From a virus (taxonomy: Duplodnaviria; Caudoviricetes), in IMG/VR virus record IMGVR_UViG_2565956960_000004, positions 1 to 64,000 of that record: a stretch of DNA of 64,000 bases. The stretch is one strand, 5' to 3'. The position numbers and the translations under genes were made by a program. Position 1 is the stretch's first letter; each line of letters begins with the position of its first letter. Of the stretch, positions 9,601 through 20,060 are shown piece by piece. The notes below the pieces were generated by a model. The model was not told the DNA's origin. It searched no databases and saw only the letters and a program-made list of their open reading frames with translations.

Positions 9601-9884
9601 AGACTCATAAGAATAATCGTCCAGTAATCACAAGTATTTTTCATTTCCATAAAACGGCTATTGCACTGCTTTTAGAAATGCAGCAAGAGGCAATTCAAGC
9701 TTCTTCACCTGAAACACATGTTTGGCGTGAAGATTGGAAAGCACGTTTAGCTTTCGAGCAACAACTTAATGATGAGATTTGCGACCAAATAGAATCATCA
9801 CTGTTTAATTCAAATTTAATCAGTTTCCACGGGGAAAATATCTTTGTAGTAGTTGCTGATGAAGCACGGGTAGGTGTTGCATGA
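9597..9884 (+). CDS. hypothetical protein
   Basis: ATGA overlaps on both sides. Confidence 0.7.
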   Translation: MKTHKNNRPVITSIFHFHKTAIALLLEMQQEAIQASSPETHVWREDWKARLAFEQQLNDEICDQIESSLFNSNLISFHGENIFVVVADEARVGVA

Positions 9885-10390
9885 GCGCTCGTCCAATAGA
9901 TATGAACGCGTTAGAAGTAAACGCAATTTTAAACAATTCAAATCCTCAAATCAGAAGAAAAGTTAAGCCGAAAAGTGGCGGTCAAATTATTGGCTGGGGT
10001 GGCAAACATATTGCTATGGAAGAAATCCCTTGTGATGAACCAGATACCCAGCACGTTAGAACAGTGCTTTGCCCTTATGGTCAAGTAGGGGATCGTCTTT
10101 TTGTCCGTGAAGCCTTTGGCACCAAAATTCAAAACATTGGTGGTACGCCTCACGAAAAGCTGGTCTACAAAGCTTCAGAACCTAATGCAATCAGCTTTGT
10201 TGACTGCAATGGCAATTCACGTCCAGTCAAATGGAAACCTGCGCCAAAAATGCCGCGGCATCATTCGCGCTTACTTCTCGAAATCCAAGAGATAAGCGTT
10301 GTTCCTAAGAATCCTAAACAAATTGAAAAATATCCAAATCAATTTATGTGGGCGATCAAATTTGCTGTTGTTGAAGGCGGTGTTGCATGA
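9881..10390 (+). CDS. ASCH/PUA-like phage protein (paralogue 1)
   Basis: CPYGQVGDRLFVRE...KWKPAPKMPRHHSRL. Confidence 0.65.
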   Translation: MSARPIDMNALEVNAILNNSNPQIRRKVKPKSGGQIIGWGGKHIAMEEIPCDEPDTQHVRTVLCPYGQVGDRLFVREAFGTKIQNIGGTPHEKLVYKASEPNAISFVDCNGNSRPVKWKPAPKMPRHHSRLLLEIQEISVVPKNPKQIEKYPNQFMWAIKFAVVEGGVA

Positions 10391-11880
10391 ATCAAATAAT
10401 TTATAGAGAAAAAGACTTCGTTTTGAAAATTGGTTCAAACAGTGTTTATTCAATTGAAAAGATAAGTAAATCCGAAAAGAAATCGGCTAAGTATCGAGTT
10501 CGCAATTTGAGAACTAAATCAGAATCGCCAATAGCTATTTCTGCGATTGAGCGTATGGCTACTACTGAGGAAATAGTACTTAAACGTCGAGTTTTGGAAG
10601 TAGATCTAATAGATCCATCTATCACTTTTACAGGAAAGATGAGATTTGGTGACGCTTCCATGTCAATTAATGTTGATAGACCAAGTTTTAAGAGCTGGTC
10701 CGCAGAACAAGCTCATTGGAATTCTCAGCTTCATTTGCAGCTATTTAAATCTGTATTAAACGAATTAGAAAATTTGGGCTATAGCATTAAGCAGCAAACA
10801 AATATTTTCACTGGTCCGGATCATAAATATTGCAGAAAAGGTGATTTAAGGCTGGATGTAGAAGTTGCACACGGGGGTATAGGTTTCCATTTTTATCAGA
10901 ATGTAAATGCGCCTAACCGTCCAGACCATGGGGGCCGGTATGAGCATAACCAGCAAAAATTAATGCCTTATTTAATGTTGCTTGAGATGAAACGTACTCG
11001 TAATCGAATCAAAAAATTGTTCATGGAGAGCTATGGTTTTACTTTTGAGGAAGATTTTAAAAGAAGAAATCGTTTTGAAATTGTTGGGCCAGAAGGTTTA
11101 ACCGCGCTTGAGTGGATTCAAGAGGACTATAAAGCTGATGGCATTACTCTAGAAAAGCTGGAAGCATCTCCATACGGGTATAACTCAGAACATAACAATC
11201 AAAGTGCAGATAAGAAACGCTTAGTCCAGGGACAGCAAGTTTGGTTTTACGACAGAAAAAACCGCTTGAATGTAGGTAAGGTTTATTACCGATCAAACAG
11301 TATGTGGTGGGTTGTAACTGGCAAATATGGCTACACAATTGAAAGCAGTCATAGCCAATATGTAGAAAAACCTCATGATGTTCGAATTAAGGCTAATCAA
11401 AAAACACGTAGAAACATACTAAGCCAAGTAATTTTTGATGCCAAAAACAAAGGTAATTTAGCACTTGCAGAAAAGTTACAAGCTCATTTTGATCGTGAGT
11501 TTAATGACAAAGGTTTGTTTATCACAAGGGAACAGGCACGCAAGTATTTCACTCATGTTGGGCTTACTTTCGGTCATATCACTCTGGCTCGTATCAGAAA
11601 GTTACATGCGCTTTTAGATGAACATTTAAAGGCAAGCGGCATTTTTGATAAATCATTGCGTTGCCACAAGGACATTGATTTCCAATTCACTGAAGAAGGT
11701 GGCATGGCTCATGCGTCTATTAAGTGTAATGCTAATTATTTTACTGGTCGTCAAGCAGTAGAGTTTGAGGAAAATGGTTTTATTGGTTTTGCTGGCTGGT
11801 CAGATGACTATGCTTTAAAGCCAATGCTAGAGGCGTTTGTTGAATGGTGTGATCTGATTAAAAAGGAGGTTGCAGCATGA
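10387..11880 (+). CDS. hypothetical multidomain phage protein
   Basis: 497-aa ORF with GGRY and GFIGFAGWSD motifs; ATGA-coupled. Confidence 0.7.
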   Translation: MNQIIYREKDFVLKIGSNSVYSIEKISKSEKKSAKYRVRNLRTKSESPIAISAIERMATTEEIVLKRRVLEVDLIDPSITFTGKMRFGDASMSINVDRPSFKSWSAEQAHWNSQLHLQLFKSVLNELENLGYSIKQQTNIFTGPDHKYCRKGDLRLDVEVAHGGIGFHFYQNVNAPNRPDHGGRYEHNQQKLMPYLMLLEMKRTRNRIKKLFMESYGFTFEEDFKRRNRFEIVGPEGLTALEWIQEDYKADGITLEKLEASPYGYNSEHNNQSADKKRLVQGQQVWFYDRKNRLNVGKVYYRSNSMWWVVTGKYGYTIESSHSQYVEKPHDVRIKANQKTRRNILSQVIFDAKNKGNLALAEKLQAHFDREFNDKGLFITREQARKYFTHVGLTFGHITLARIRKLHALLDEHLKASGIFDKSLRCHKDIDFQFTEEGGMAHASIKCNANYFTGRQAVEFEENGFIGFAGWSDDYALKPMLEAFVEWCDLIKKEVAA

Positions 11881-12518
11881 GAGAACGTCCTATTTTATTC
11901 AACACACCGATGGTCCAAGCGATTTTATCAGGTAGTAAAACCCAGACTCGTCGCGTACTGAAAGCTAAAACATTAAGTGATATAGAGTTTGGTCACCAAT
12001 TTGGTGAATGTTTCGCATTGGAAGATCCACGCTCCACTGATTGCGGATATATCCAAAGCTTTTGTCCATATGGACAGATTGGTGATCAGCTTTGGGTTCG
12101 TGAATCTTGGTATCAGAAGGGTACAGTATGCCGCTCTTATCCAGATGATGATGAATATCATTTTTTTGGGCACAAGCAAGCTGCTTATGTAGCAGATGGT
12201 GATGCACCTAAAGATTGGACTGTAAAAAAGCGTCCATCCATACACATGCCGCGTTGGGCATCACGTATTCAGCTTGAAATTACCAACATTCGTGTTGAGC
12301 GCCTGAATGATATTTCTGAGCAAGATGCAGCCGCTGAAGGCATTGAAAATATTCAAAGTAGTACAGAATTTTCAGAGTGGTATGGAACTAAATCCGGCGG
12401 CAATTCTTATGCAGCTTTTAAGTATCTTTGGCTTTCAATAAATGGTCCGGATTCTTGGGCTAAGAATCCATGGGTATGGGTAGTTGAATTTAAAGTGATT
12501 AAAGGCGGTGCTGTATGA
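11877..12518 (+). CDS. ASCH/PUA-like phage protein (paralogue 2)
   Basis: GSKTQTRR, CPYGQIGDQLWVRE, PSIHMPRWASRI, NPWVWVVEF. Confidence 0.75.
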   Translation: MRERPILFNTPMVQAILSGSKTQTRRVLKAKTLSDIEFGHQFGECFALEDPRSTDCGYIQSFCPYGQIGDQLWVRESWYQKGTVCRSYPDDDEYHFFGHKQAAYVADGDAPKDWTVKKRPSIHMPRWASRIQLEITNIRVERLNDISEQDAAAEGIENIQSSTEFSEWYGTKSGGNSYAAFKYLWLSINGPDSWAKNPWVWVVEFKVIKGGAV

Positions 12519-14305
12519 CTAGCTTTGTAAAATATTCAACCGCTTTCAAAACCCAATTTGATTTAAATTTCTCTGAAAAAATTATCATTGATTTTTTTGC
12601 AGGTGGTGGCGGTGCCAGCACTGGCCTAGAAATTGGTTTAAATCGCAGCGTTTTTGCTGCTGTAAACCATAATCCGAAAGCCTTATCAATGCATCAGGCA
12701 AATCATCCTCATGCTAAGCACTATGTTCAGGACGTATTTGCTGTTGATCCAGTAGAAATCTGTGAAGGGTATCCAGTAGGTTGGTTCCATGCCAGTCCAG
12801 ATTGCACACATCATTCGCAAGCTGCTGGTGGTCAACCACGTAAAAAAGAAATTCGTGACCTAGCTTGGGTTATTCCTAAATTTGCTGGAAAAGTAAAACC
12901 AGACGTTATCACAATGGAAAACGTTAAGCAGATGCTTAATTGGGGTCCATTGATTGCTAAACGCGACAAAGCTACTGGGCGTGTTGTTACTCTCGATAGA
13001 ATCGAGGTTAATGGCAAAAAACAATATCGGGTTGCAGATCCTGGTGAATATGTACCTCGCGATAACCAATTCTTGGTACCCGATCCTGAGCGAATTGGCC
13101 AAACATGGAGACAATTTGTTCACCATCTTGAGCGATTAGGCTATGTAGTTGAATGGAAGAAATTAATTGCTGCTGAATATGGCGCTCCAACGACTCGCGA
13201 ACGACTTTTTGTTATAGCTCGTTGTGACGGTAATCCAATCGTATGGCCTGAACCGACACATATTAAAAAATCAAAAGTTACCAAAGCTACTAAGAAAAAA
13301 CCGACGTGGCGCGCAGCTGCTGAAGTAATAGATTTTTCTGATCTTGGTAAATCTATCTTTAATCGTTCGAAGCCATTAGCGGACGCAACTTTAAAACGAA
13401 TCGCCCGCGGTCTAAAAAAGTTTGTAATCGATACGGATGAGCCTTATCTGGTTGATTCCGCATTACCTTTTGTTAGTCGTGACTTTGGCACATCAACCGG
13501 GCATTCAATTACTGAACCATTGGCTACAACAACATCGGCATATGGTGGTCATAGTGCATTAGTAAGCCCAATCATTGCACCTTTTTTAACAGAATTTGCA
13601 AACGCATCACAACAAAGAAATTGGTCTGTTGCGAAACCATTAACAACAATCTGTGCGCAAGTTAAGGGTGGGCATCATGGATTAGTTGCACCTTTTTTAA
13701 TCCATGCGGGCCATGGTGAAGGAACCCCCAACAGCCCTCGGTGGAGTGATGGTTGTGACAATATTCTTAATCCACTGGGAACAATAACGGCATCCGGTGC
13801 AAGCCGCAATCTAGTTTCTGCTTACATGATGCAAGCGAATGGGGGTTTTAACGAAACAGATGGCCGTCACCTTTTAGAACCACTGTCAACGATTACTAAT
13901 ACTGGTAGTCAGCAACAGCTAATTACGGCACAGCTAAGTCAAGAAAACTTAGATGGAGCTTTAAAAGTCGCGGCCTTCTTTATCAATTTCTATGGCAATG
14001 GTGACGCCCGAGATATAACTGCGCCGCTAGATACCCTAACTACAAAAGATCGACTTGCTTTAGTCACAGTTTGGATTAAGGGCGAACCATGGGTAATCGT
14101 TGATATTTGCATTCGTATGTTGAAGCCAAGAGAGCTATATAAAGGGCAAGGTTTCCCAGAGTCATACATCATCGAATATGGGCATGACGGTAAAGCTTTA
14201 ACAAAAACTGATCAAGTTCATATGTGTGGCAATAGTGTTTCACCGCTGCCGATGGCTGCAATTGCTCGAGCAAATAATCCTTTTTTATACGGTGGTGATG
14301 TATGA
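12515..14305 (+). CDS. C5-cytosine DNA methyltransferase
   Basis: Motif I FFAGGGG, SPDC, MENV, RERLF, and C-terminal RML...QGFP...GNSV. Confidence 0.92.
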   Translation: MTSFVKYSTAFKTQFDLNFSEKIIIDFFAGGGGASTGLEIGLNRSVFAAVNHNPKALSMHQANHPHAKHYVQDVFAVDPVEICEGYPVGWFHASPDCTHHSQAAGGQPRKKEIRDLAWVIPKFAGKVKPDVITMENVKQMLNWGPLIAKRDKATGRVVTLDRIEVNGKKQYRVADPGEYVPRDNQFLVPDPERIGQTWRQFVHHLERLGYVVEWKKLIAAEYGAPTTRERLFVIARCDGNPIVWPEPTHIKKSKVTKATKKKPTWRAAAEVIDFSDLGKSIFNRSKPLADATLKRIARGLKKFVIDTDEPYLVDSALPFVSRDFGTSTGHSITEPLATTTSAYGGHSALVSPIIAPFLTEFANASQQRNWSVAKPLTTICAQVKGGHHGLVAPFLIHAGHGEGTPNSPRWSDGCDNILNPLGTITASGASRNLVSAYMMQANGGFNETDGRHLLEPLSTITNTGSQQQLITAQLSQENLDGALKVAAFFINFYGNGDARDITAPLDTLTTKDRLALVTVWIKGEPWVIVDICIRMLKPRELYKGQGFPESYIIEYGHDGKALTKTDQVHMCGNSVSPLPMAAIARANNPFLYGGDV

Positions 14306-15360
14306 ATCAAATTTTATTTGGTGATTGCCGCCAGACGATGCAGCAGTTAATTGACCAAGGTACTAAGGTTCAAATGTGTGTTACATCTCCACCTTATTTT
14401 GGTTTAAGAGATTATGGCGTTAGTGGCCAACTTGGTTTAGAGGCAACTGTAGACGAATATGTCGAAAACATGGTGCAAGTGTTCAGGCTTGTACGAGAGC
14501 TACTTCATGATGATGGCACTCTTTGGCTTAATTTAGGTGATAGTTACGCGGGTTCAGCTCGTGGGCAATATAAAAGCGGGACCAATGACCCTAAACAACC
14601 TAAAATAAAAGGTCAAATTCTGCCGAAACATAGTGCATCAAATTCAAATCTCAAACCCAAAGATTTAATTGGTATCCCTTGGCGTGTAGCGTTTGCTTTA
14701 CAAGCAGATGGTTGGTACCTACGCCAAGACATCATCTGGCATAAACCTAATCCAATGCCTGAAAGCATCACAGATCGATGCACTAAAGCGCATGAGTATA
14801 TTTTCTTGTTCAGTAAGTCACGTAAATATTATTTTGATCATTTAGCTATTAAGGAACCAGTTGCTGAAAGTTCACTTAAACGACTGGCGCAAAATATTGA
14901 TAGTCAGTCTGGTAGCGAACGAGTGCCAGGCAAAACAAACGGTCCAATGAAAGCCGTTATCTCGAGATCCTTGCGTGACAACTTTAAACGTACTGACAGC
15001 AAGAGGGCTGTTGTTCATCCGAATCAAAGCATGGGAACACATCGAGCAGAGCGAGCAGATAGTGAATACGATTTACTAACTCGAAACAAGCGCAGCGTAT
15101 GGCTGATTTCTACTAAACCTTATAAAGGTGCTCACTTTGCCACTTTTCCCATTGATTTGATTGAGCCATGCATTCTTGCAGGATCTCGAGTTAATGACGT
15201 AGTTTTTGATCCGTTTATGGGATCAGGAACTACAGCTGCAGCTGCTCTTAAACATGGGCGTCAATATCTTGGATGCGAATTAAATGATCAATATGAATCT
15301 TTGCAACAAGAAAGATTAGAACAATTCAAAAAAAGGGAGACAGAAAATGCTCTCGCTTAA
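14302..15360 (+). CDS. beta-class N4-cytosine/N6-adenine DNA methyltransferase
   Basis: TSPPY catalytic motif, HFATFP, DPFMGSGTT. Confidence 0.92.
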   Translation: MNQILFGDCRQTMQQLIDQGTKVQMCVTSPPYFGLRDYGVSGQLGLEATVDEYVENMVQVFRLVRELLHDDGTLWLNLGDSYAGSARGQYKSGTNDPKQPKIKGQILPKHSASNSNLKPKDLIGIPWRVAFALQADGWYLRQDIIWHKPNPMPESITDRCTKAHEYIFLFSKSRKYYFDHLAIKEPVAESSLKRLAQNIDSQSGSERVPGKTNGPMKAVISRSLRDNFKRTDSKRAVVHPNQSMGTHRAERADSEYDLLTRNKRSVWLISTKPYKGAHFATFPIDLIEPCILAGSRVNDVVFDPFMGSGTTAAAALKHGRQYLGCELNDQYESLQQERLEQFKKRETENALA

Positions 15361-16498
15361 TTTGATAAATGGTGACTGTTTAGTTGAACTCAAAAATATT
15401 GAATCAAATTCAATAGATAGCATTGTCACTGATCCACCTTACGGCCTGAAATTTATGGGCAAAAAATGGGACTGTGAAGTGCCAAGTATTGAAATCTGGA
15501 TAGAGTGCTTACGTGTTCTTAAACCTGGTGCTCATTTACTTGCCTTTGCCGGGACCCGAACTCATCACCGTATGGCATGCAATATTGAAGATGCGGGATT
15601 TGAAATTAGAGACATGATTGCATGGATCTACGGCTCAGGTTTTCCAAAATCACATAATCTGGATGGTGAATGGGACGGTTGGGGAACCGCTTTAAAACCC
15701 GCTCTCGAACCGATTACTTTTGCGCGGAAGCCTATAGTAGGGACCGTTGCTGAAAATGTGCAAACACATGGAACAGGTGCAATAAACATTGATGGGTGCC
15801 GCATTCCTTTAAATGGTGGGTACAAATCAAAAGCAAATGGTCGACCATCTCAGACCGGACGCCCTGATAACTATATTCCGGCGTGTGCAAACAAGCCCGA
15901 TACAGCCGGACGTTGGCCTGCAAACCTTATTCATGATGGTAGTGATGAAGTTCTGGAAAATTTCCCAGTTACATCCAGTGGAAGTAACAACAAAATCAAA
16001 GCATCGAGCAAAACCCAAAACGGTAATACCAGTACTGCGTATGGTGCAGAAAGTCGTCCCTATGGAATGGAAATGATTTCTTATGGTGATAAAGGTTCAG
16101 CTGCTAGATTTTTCTATTGCGCCAAGGCTAGCAGAACAGATCGAAACGAGGGTGTTGATAGCTCTAATGCCCCAGTTTTAAAGATGAACTCCACGATGCG
16201 CGATTGTGAAAATGCGGACTGGTCCAAGAGGAATGGGAATTTTCACCCAACTGTCAAACCTACTGAATTAATGCGGTATCTATGCCGATTAGTCACACCT
16301 AAAGGTGGTGTTGTACTTGACCCTTTTATGGGCTCAGGGAGCACAGGTAAGGCCGCTATTTTAGAAGGCTTCACCTTCATTGGTATTGAGCAAGAACCAG
16401 AGTATTACCAGATTGCTCAAGCTCGATGTCAATTTGTAGAAAAAAGTGTTGAGACCAACACACCTGATCAACAAGATTTATTTATGGAGGCGCATTAA
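15347..16498 (+). CDS. beta-class N6-adenine DNA methyltransferase
   Basis: TDPPY, HPTVKP, DPFMGSGST. Confidence 0.92.
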   Translation: MLSLNLINGDCLVELKNIESNSIDSIVTDPPYGLKFMGKKWDCEVPSIEIWIECLRVLKPGAHLLAFAGTRTHHRMACNIEDAGFEIRDMIAWIYGSGFPKSHNLDGEWDGWGTALKPALEPITFARKPIVGTVAENVQTHGTGAINIDGCRIPLNGGYKSKANGRPSQTGRPDNYIPACANKPDTAGRWPANLIHDGSDEVLENFPVTSSGSNNKIKASSKTQNGNTSTAYGAESRPYGMEMISYGDKGSAARFFYCAKASRTDRNEGVDSSNAPVLKMNSTMRDCENADWSKRNGNFHPTVKPTELMRYLCRLVTPKGGVVLDPFMGSGSTGKAAILEGFTFIGIEQEPEYYQIAQARCQFVEKSVETNTPDQQDLFMEAH

Positions 16499-17484
16499 TG
16501 CATTACTACGAGAAGAAAATCGGTGATTACCATCGTAAAGCAGGTCGCCTTAATATCCTTCAACACGGTGTTTATAACTTGCTTATGGACGCATGTTATG
16601 ACCGTGAAGCATTTCCAACGGAAGAACAGGCGATAGATTGGGTCTGGGCTGAAACCGATGAAGAAATTGCTGCAGTTAAATTTATCTTGAAAAAATTCTT
16701 CAATAAAAATGAGGAAGGTGTGTATATCCAAAACCACATTCAAGAGGATTTGATTGCATATAAGGCATATATCGCAAAACAGTCAGAGAATGGTAAGAAA
16801 GGTGGTCGACCTAATGGTTCTAAAAATAAGAACAAATCAGGTGGTAACTCTGGTGATTCTCAGGAAGGGGAACAACCAACTGAACAAACCCAAGATAACC
16901 CAACTGAAAGCGAAATAAACCCACCGCTTACCCAAGATAACCCAACTGAAAGCCAACAAAAGCCTAAACCAATAACCATCAAACCATCGAACCAAGAACC
17001 ATCTAACCAAGATAGTAATTGTAATAACGCGGGCGAAGTAAATTCATCATTGCCACCGATTCAATTTGCAACCTACCAGGTACAGGACAGAGGTTTTTAT
17101 TCACTTCTTGAACTAGCCAATCAGTACCCACAATTCCAAATGGATTTTTTTGATCTGGCTATCCCCAGACACGATGATATTTCATCAACTGATTTCCAAA
17201 CATTGCTACAGGGCTATTGTGATTTCTTCGCAGCTAAAAACGAGCAAAACACTCCAAGCATTTGGTTCGTGAAATGGCTTACATGGATTCAGAACAATAT
17301 CCAAGATGTGATTAAGCGTCGTGAGAAGCAGGAGAAAGCCAGTCAACCGGCAATCACTGACCAACCTGCCAAAAGCTATTTTGAGCGCATCGTTGATGAA
17401 GAACAACCTGGATCATCCGCGGGCATGGTGGATGTAACCCCTTCAAAAAAGTTGTTGGCTAATTTGGAGTATGGGCATGCATAA
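16498..17484 (+). CDS. DUF1376/YdaU-family replication initiator (lambda O analogue)
   Basis: HYY...IGDY...HGVYNLLMD.CY and ENGKKGGRP motifs; internal repeats. Confidence 0.85.
   Translation: MHYYEKKIGDYHRKAGRLNILQHGVYNLLMDACYDREAFPTEEQAIDWVWAETDEEIAAVKFILKKFFNKNEEGVYIQNHIQEDLIAYKAYIAKQSENGKKGGRPNGSKNKNKSGGNSGDSQEGEQPTEQTQDNPTESEINPPLTQDNPTESQQKPKPITIKPSNQEPSNQDSNCNNAGEVNSSLPPIQFATYQVQDRGFYSLLELANQYPQFQMDFFDLAIPRHDDISSTDFQTLLQGYCDFFAAKNEQNTPSIWFVKWLTWIQNNIQDVIKRREKQEKASQPAITDQPAKSYFERIVDEEQPGSSAGMVDVTPSKKLLANLEYGHA
16888..16953 (+). repeat. iteron-like direct repeats within the initiator (probable origin)
   Basis: ACCCAAGATAACCCAACTGAAAGC at 16888-16911 and 16930-16953 (42-bp period), flanked by AACC-rich partial copies. 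Confidence 0.7.
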
Positions 17485-18226
17485 AATCACGATAACTGAA
17501 ATTCGCACCTTGATAATGGACCTACGTGTACTTTACGCAGCGCAATTTAATAAAAATTTCCCTACAACAGGTGAAATGGCAGTTCCTTTGGCGTTTGTTG
17601 AATCAAAGGCAATGGAATGCTTATGTGATGTTTCTAAAGAGCAGTTTGAACGCGCACGTACACGATTAATGAAATCGGGCAATAAATTTATGCCTTCGTT
17701 CTCTGATTTTCGTGATTGGTGTATTGGTGAAACATGGATGTCAGCTGATGAGGCTTGGGCCAGAGCATGCAGATTCACCGCTGATAAGAGCGTACAGATC
17801 ACTCAAATTACCAAAGTTGCTTTGGATGAAGTTCAACCCTTAATCAATGATGGGTATATGAAACCGGCCCGAGAGCAATTTATTAATACCTACAATGCAT
17901 TTGTGGCGAAGGCCCAGCATGTCGGTCGAACCCAAGAAATGTATGTGCCTCCAAAACAATTGGAACATAAGAAAAAGGAACATATTGCAGTATCTAATGA
18001 TGAAGCTGTACAGCACCTTAACGCATTGAAGAAGAAGCTAAATATCAATAACCGTGAGGTCCCAAAACCACAGGAACTTAAACCCAAAACTAATTTGGGA
18101 TGTCCAGCGGCAGAGGAACCATGGCCTGATCCGTTTGATCAACCTGGTGAATATTTAGAAGCTTGTGAGCGTGATGGTCTGAATGTCCCTAAAACCGTTA
18201 TTAAGCATATTGGTGGCACAGCATGA
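17477..18226 (+). CDS. replication protein, lambda-P-like helicase loader (putative)
   Basis: Follows the initiator; FMPSFSDFRDWC...SADEAW pattern. Confidence 0.55.
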   Translation: MHKITITEIRTLIMDLRVLYAAQFNKNFPTTGEMAVPLAFVESKAMECLCDVSKEQFERARTRLMKSGNKFMPSFSDFRDWCIGETWMSADEAWARACRFTADKSVQITQITKVALDEVQPLINDGYMKPAREQFINTYNAFVAKAQHVGRTQEMYVPPKQLEHKKKEHIAVSNDEAVQHLNALKKKLNINNREVPKPQELKPKTNLGCPAAEEPWPDPFDQPGEYLEACERDGLNVPKTVIKHIGGTA

Positions 18227-18681
18227 ATCAGACAGCAGCTCTAACAAAAGAGCAAGTAGAAGCAAAAACAACGCAATTTAAGAAGGGTAATAGAGTACAC
18301 GTAGATTTTGTAAGTGATTCCCGAACGGAGTTTTCAGGTACTCATATTAAAGGTGACGCCGTTGTAGATCGGCACGAAGATAGTTATGTCTATGGACAAT
18401 TGGAACAAGGCATCCCATTTATGTGCCCTGAAAAATTCGTTCAGCTAACTTCGCCTGAAATTATCAAGCGACTGCGTGAAGAATTTGAGCAATGGATCAA
18501 GAGCCAAGATTTCTATTCATCAGTGCTCATTTATCAGCATGGACCAGAATTATTTATTTATGACTCTATAGACGGTTATAAAAACCTGGTGATTCGTGTT
18601 GCCTTTGAACTATGGAAGGTTTTGCACTCATGCCGTGAACAACTCCAAACTTTAAAAGTGGAGGGTGCTTGCCATGGGTAA
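18223..18681 (+). CDS. hypothetical protein
   Basis: ATGA-coupled ORF. Confidence 0.7.
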   Translation: MNQTAALTKEQVEAKTTQFKKGNRVHVDFVSDSRTEFSGTHIKGDAVVDRHEDSYVYGQLEQGIPFMCPEKFVQLTSPEIIKRLREEFEQWIKSQDFYSSVLIYQHGPELFIYDSIDGYKNLVIRVAFELWKVLHSCREQLQTLKVEGACHG

Positions 18682-19357
18682 AAGTCGCAATTTATGGGAA
18701 CAATGGTCTAAAGGTAAAGTCGATTTCTTTGCAATGAATCCTCATGCAGAAGGTAAAACGAACCGCCAAGCGCGTGTTCGCCGTGCATTAGATAAGAAGG
18801 TAATTTTACCGTGTGCTGTCACAACCCAAGAGGTAAAAGGTGATTTGATGCATCAGGGCAGCACAGGCGGCTTTGTGATTACCGGTGAAGGCTTTATTAC
18901 GGTGAAATTACCCTATGGTATCAGCGCTAATGATATCTGGCGTGCCACTATCGATGAGAGCACAGGCAAACAGCGAAATAGTCTTTCTTTAGGTGCTAAG
19001 AAGTTTAAACGTCGTGTACATGAAATTTATGCGCCTATCTTCAAGGCCATGAAGTGGAAAGCAATATCACAGCAATGTGAGATTAGATTGGTTATTCAGC
19101 CACCACGAAAAGATCGTAGTTATAGCGCAAGCACTTATCCACGCTTCGATATAGATAACTATCCAAAATTATTAATTGACTCTTTAAAAGGTGCCGAGCT
19201 GCTTTTTAAGGATGACAACATTTTTGTCAAAGAAAAAATTGAATTTGCTGAACCTATTGAAAACGGTTGTGTCTGGTTGTCATGTGTCTTTATCAGCGAA
19301 ACAAATTGGCTGGATAGAAAAGTAGACTTTGACTGGCTAGCTGGGAGAGTTGCGTAA
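18674..19357 (+). CDS. rusA: RusA-family Holliday junction resolvase
   Basis: LPYGISANDIWR...DIDNYPKLLIDSL...FKDDN. Confidence 0.8.
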   Translation: MGKSRNLWEQWSKGKVDFFAMNPHAEGKTNRQARVRRALDKKVILPCAVTTQEVKGDLMHQGSTGGFVITGEGFITVKLPYGISANDIWRATIDESTGKQRNSLSLGAKKFKRRVHEIYAPIFKAMKWKAISQQCEIRLVIQPPRKDRSYSASTYPRFDIDNYPKLLIDSLKGAELLFKDDNIFVKEKIEFAEPIENGCVWLSCVFISETNWLDRKVDFDWLAGRVA

Positions 19358-20058
19358 TGGCTAAAAGAACAGATTTAGAAAAACGCGTAATGATTGGGCG
19401 CAAACTCGCGTTAGCAAGAGAACGTACTGGATTAAGACAGGACGAAGTAGCGATTGAGTTGTTCGGTGTTGCACAAAAGAACCGTATTTCTGAAATGGAA
19501 AACGGCAAAACTTTACCAGATGCAGAATTATTGCAGGTGATGTGCAGCCTCTACCATTGTTCAGTTGATTGGGTATTGGGCTTTACTATTAATCCCGAGT
19601 TAAATGAGACTGAATCAGTGGCAGGGATACTTTTTAATGGTCTTGGTGATTTGCTTGCTGAGAATTTAAATGCCGTGACATCTCAAATGGCTTTGTTATG
19701 TGCAAAACACATTGCTTCTTTCCCACCAGCATTACAGGTAAGACTATTAGAACAATCAAAGGCAGTCGCCAAAAAGTTTATGAATTTGGATCGTGATCAA
19801 CAGGAAAAGCTTCAACCTGAAATGATTGAACTTATGCAAACGATCAAAGAGTGTGACAAGGACCGCGCAATTCAATTCACTAATTTAGCCAAAGGATTAG
19901 AAGATATTACTGACCGTGATGAGGATGACATACAGGAAAAATTAATTCAGGACCTGAAAAGCCAGCGTAAAACCCGCTTCACTCAAACAACACTTCTGAC
20001 CGAAGATAAAATTGAAGCACAACGTGACTTTTTCTCTGGTGATGCATTGGGTACCTAA
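19357..20058 (+). CDS. XRE-family HTH regulator (candidate late regulator)
   Basis: ARERTGLRQDEVA...ISEMENGKTLPD...SVDWVLG. Confidence 0.8.
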   Translation: MAKRTDLEKRVMIGRKLALARERTGLRQDEVAIELFGVAQKNRISEMENGKTLPDAELLQVMCSLYHCSVDWVLGFTINPELNETESVAGILFNGLGDLLAENLNAVTSQMALLCAKHIASFPPALQVRLLEQSKAVAKKFMNLDRDQQEKLQPEMIELMQTIKECDKDRAIQFTNLAKGLEDITDRDEDDIQEKLIQDLKSQRKTRFTQTTLLTEDKIEAQRDFFSGDALGT

Positions 20059-20060
20059 AT

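Noticed and set aside
16870..17010. Repeats as a CRISPR array
   Set aside because: Only two full 24-bp copies, in frame within the initiator gene, and no cas genes; better explained as iterons
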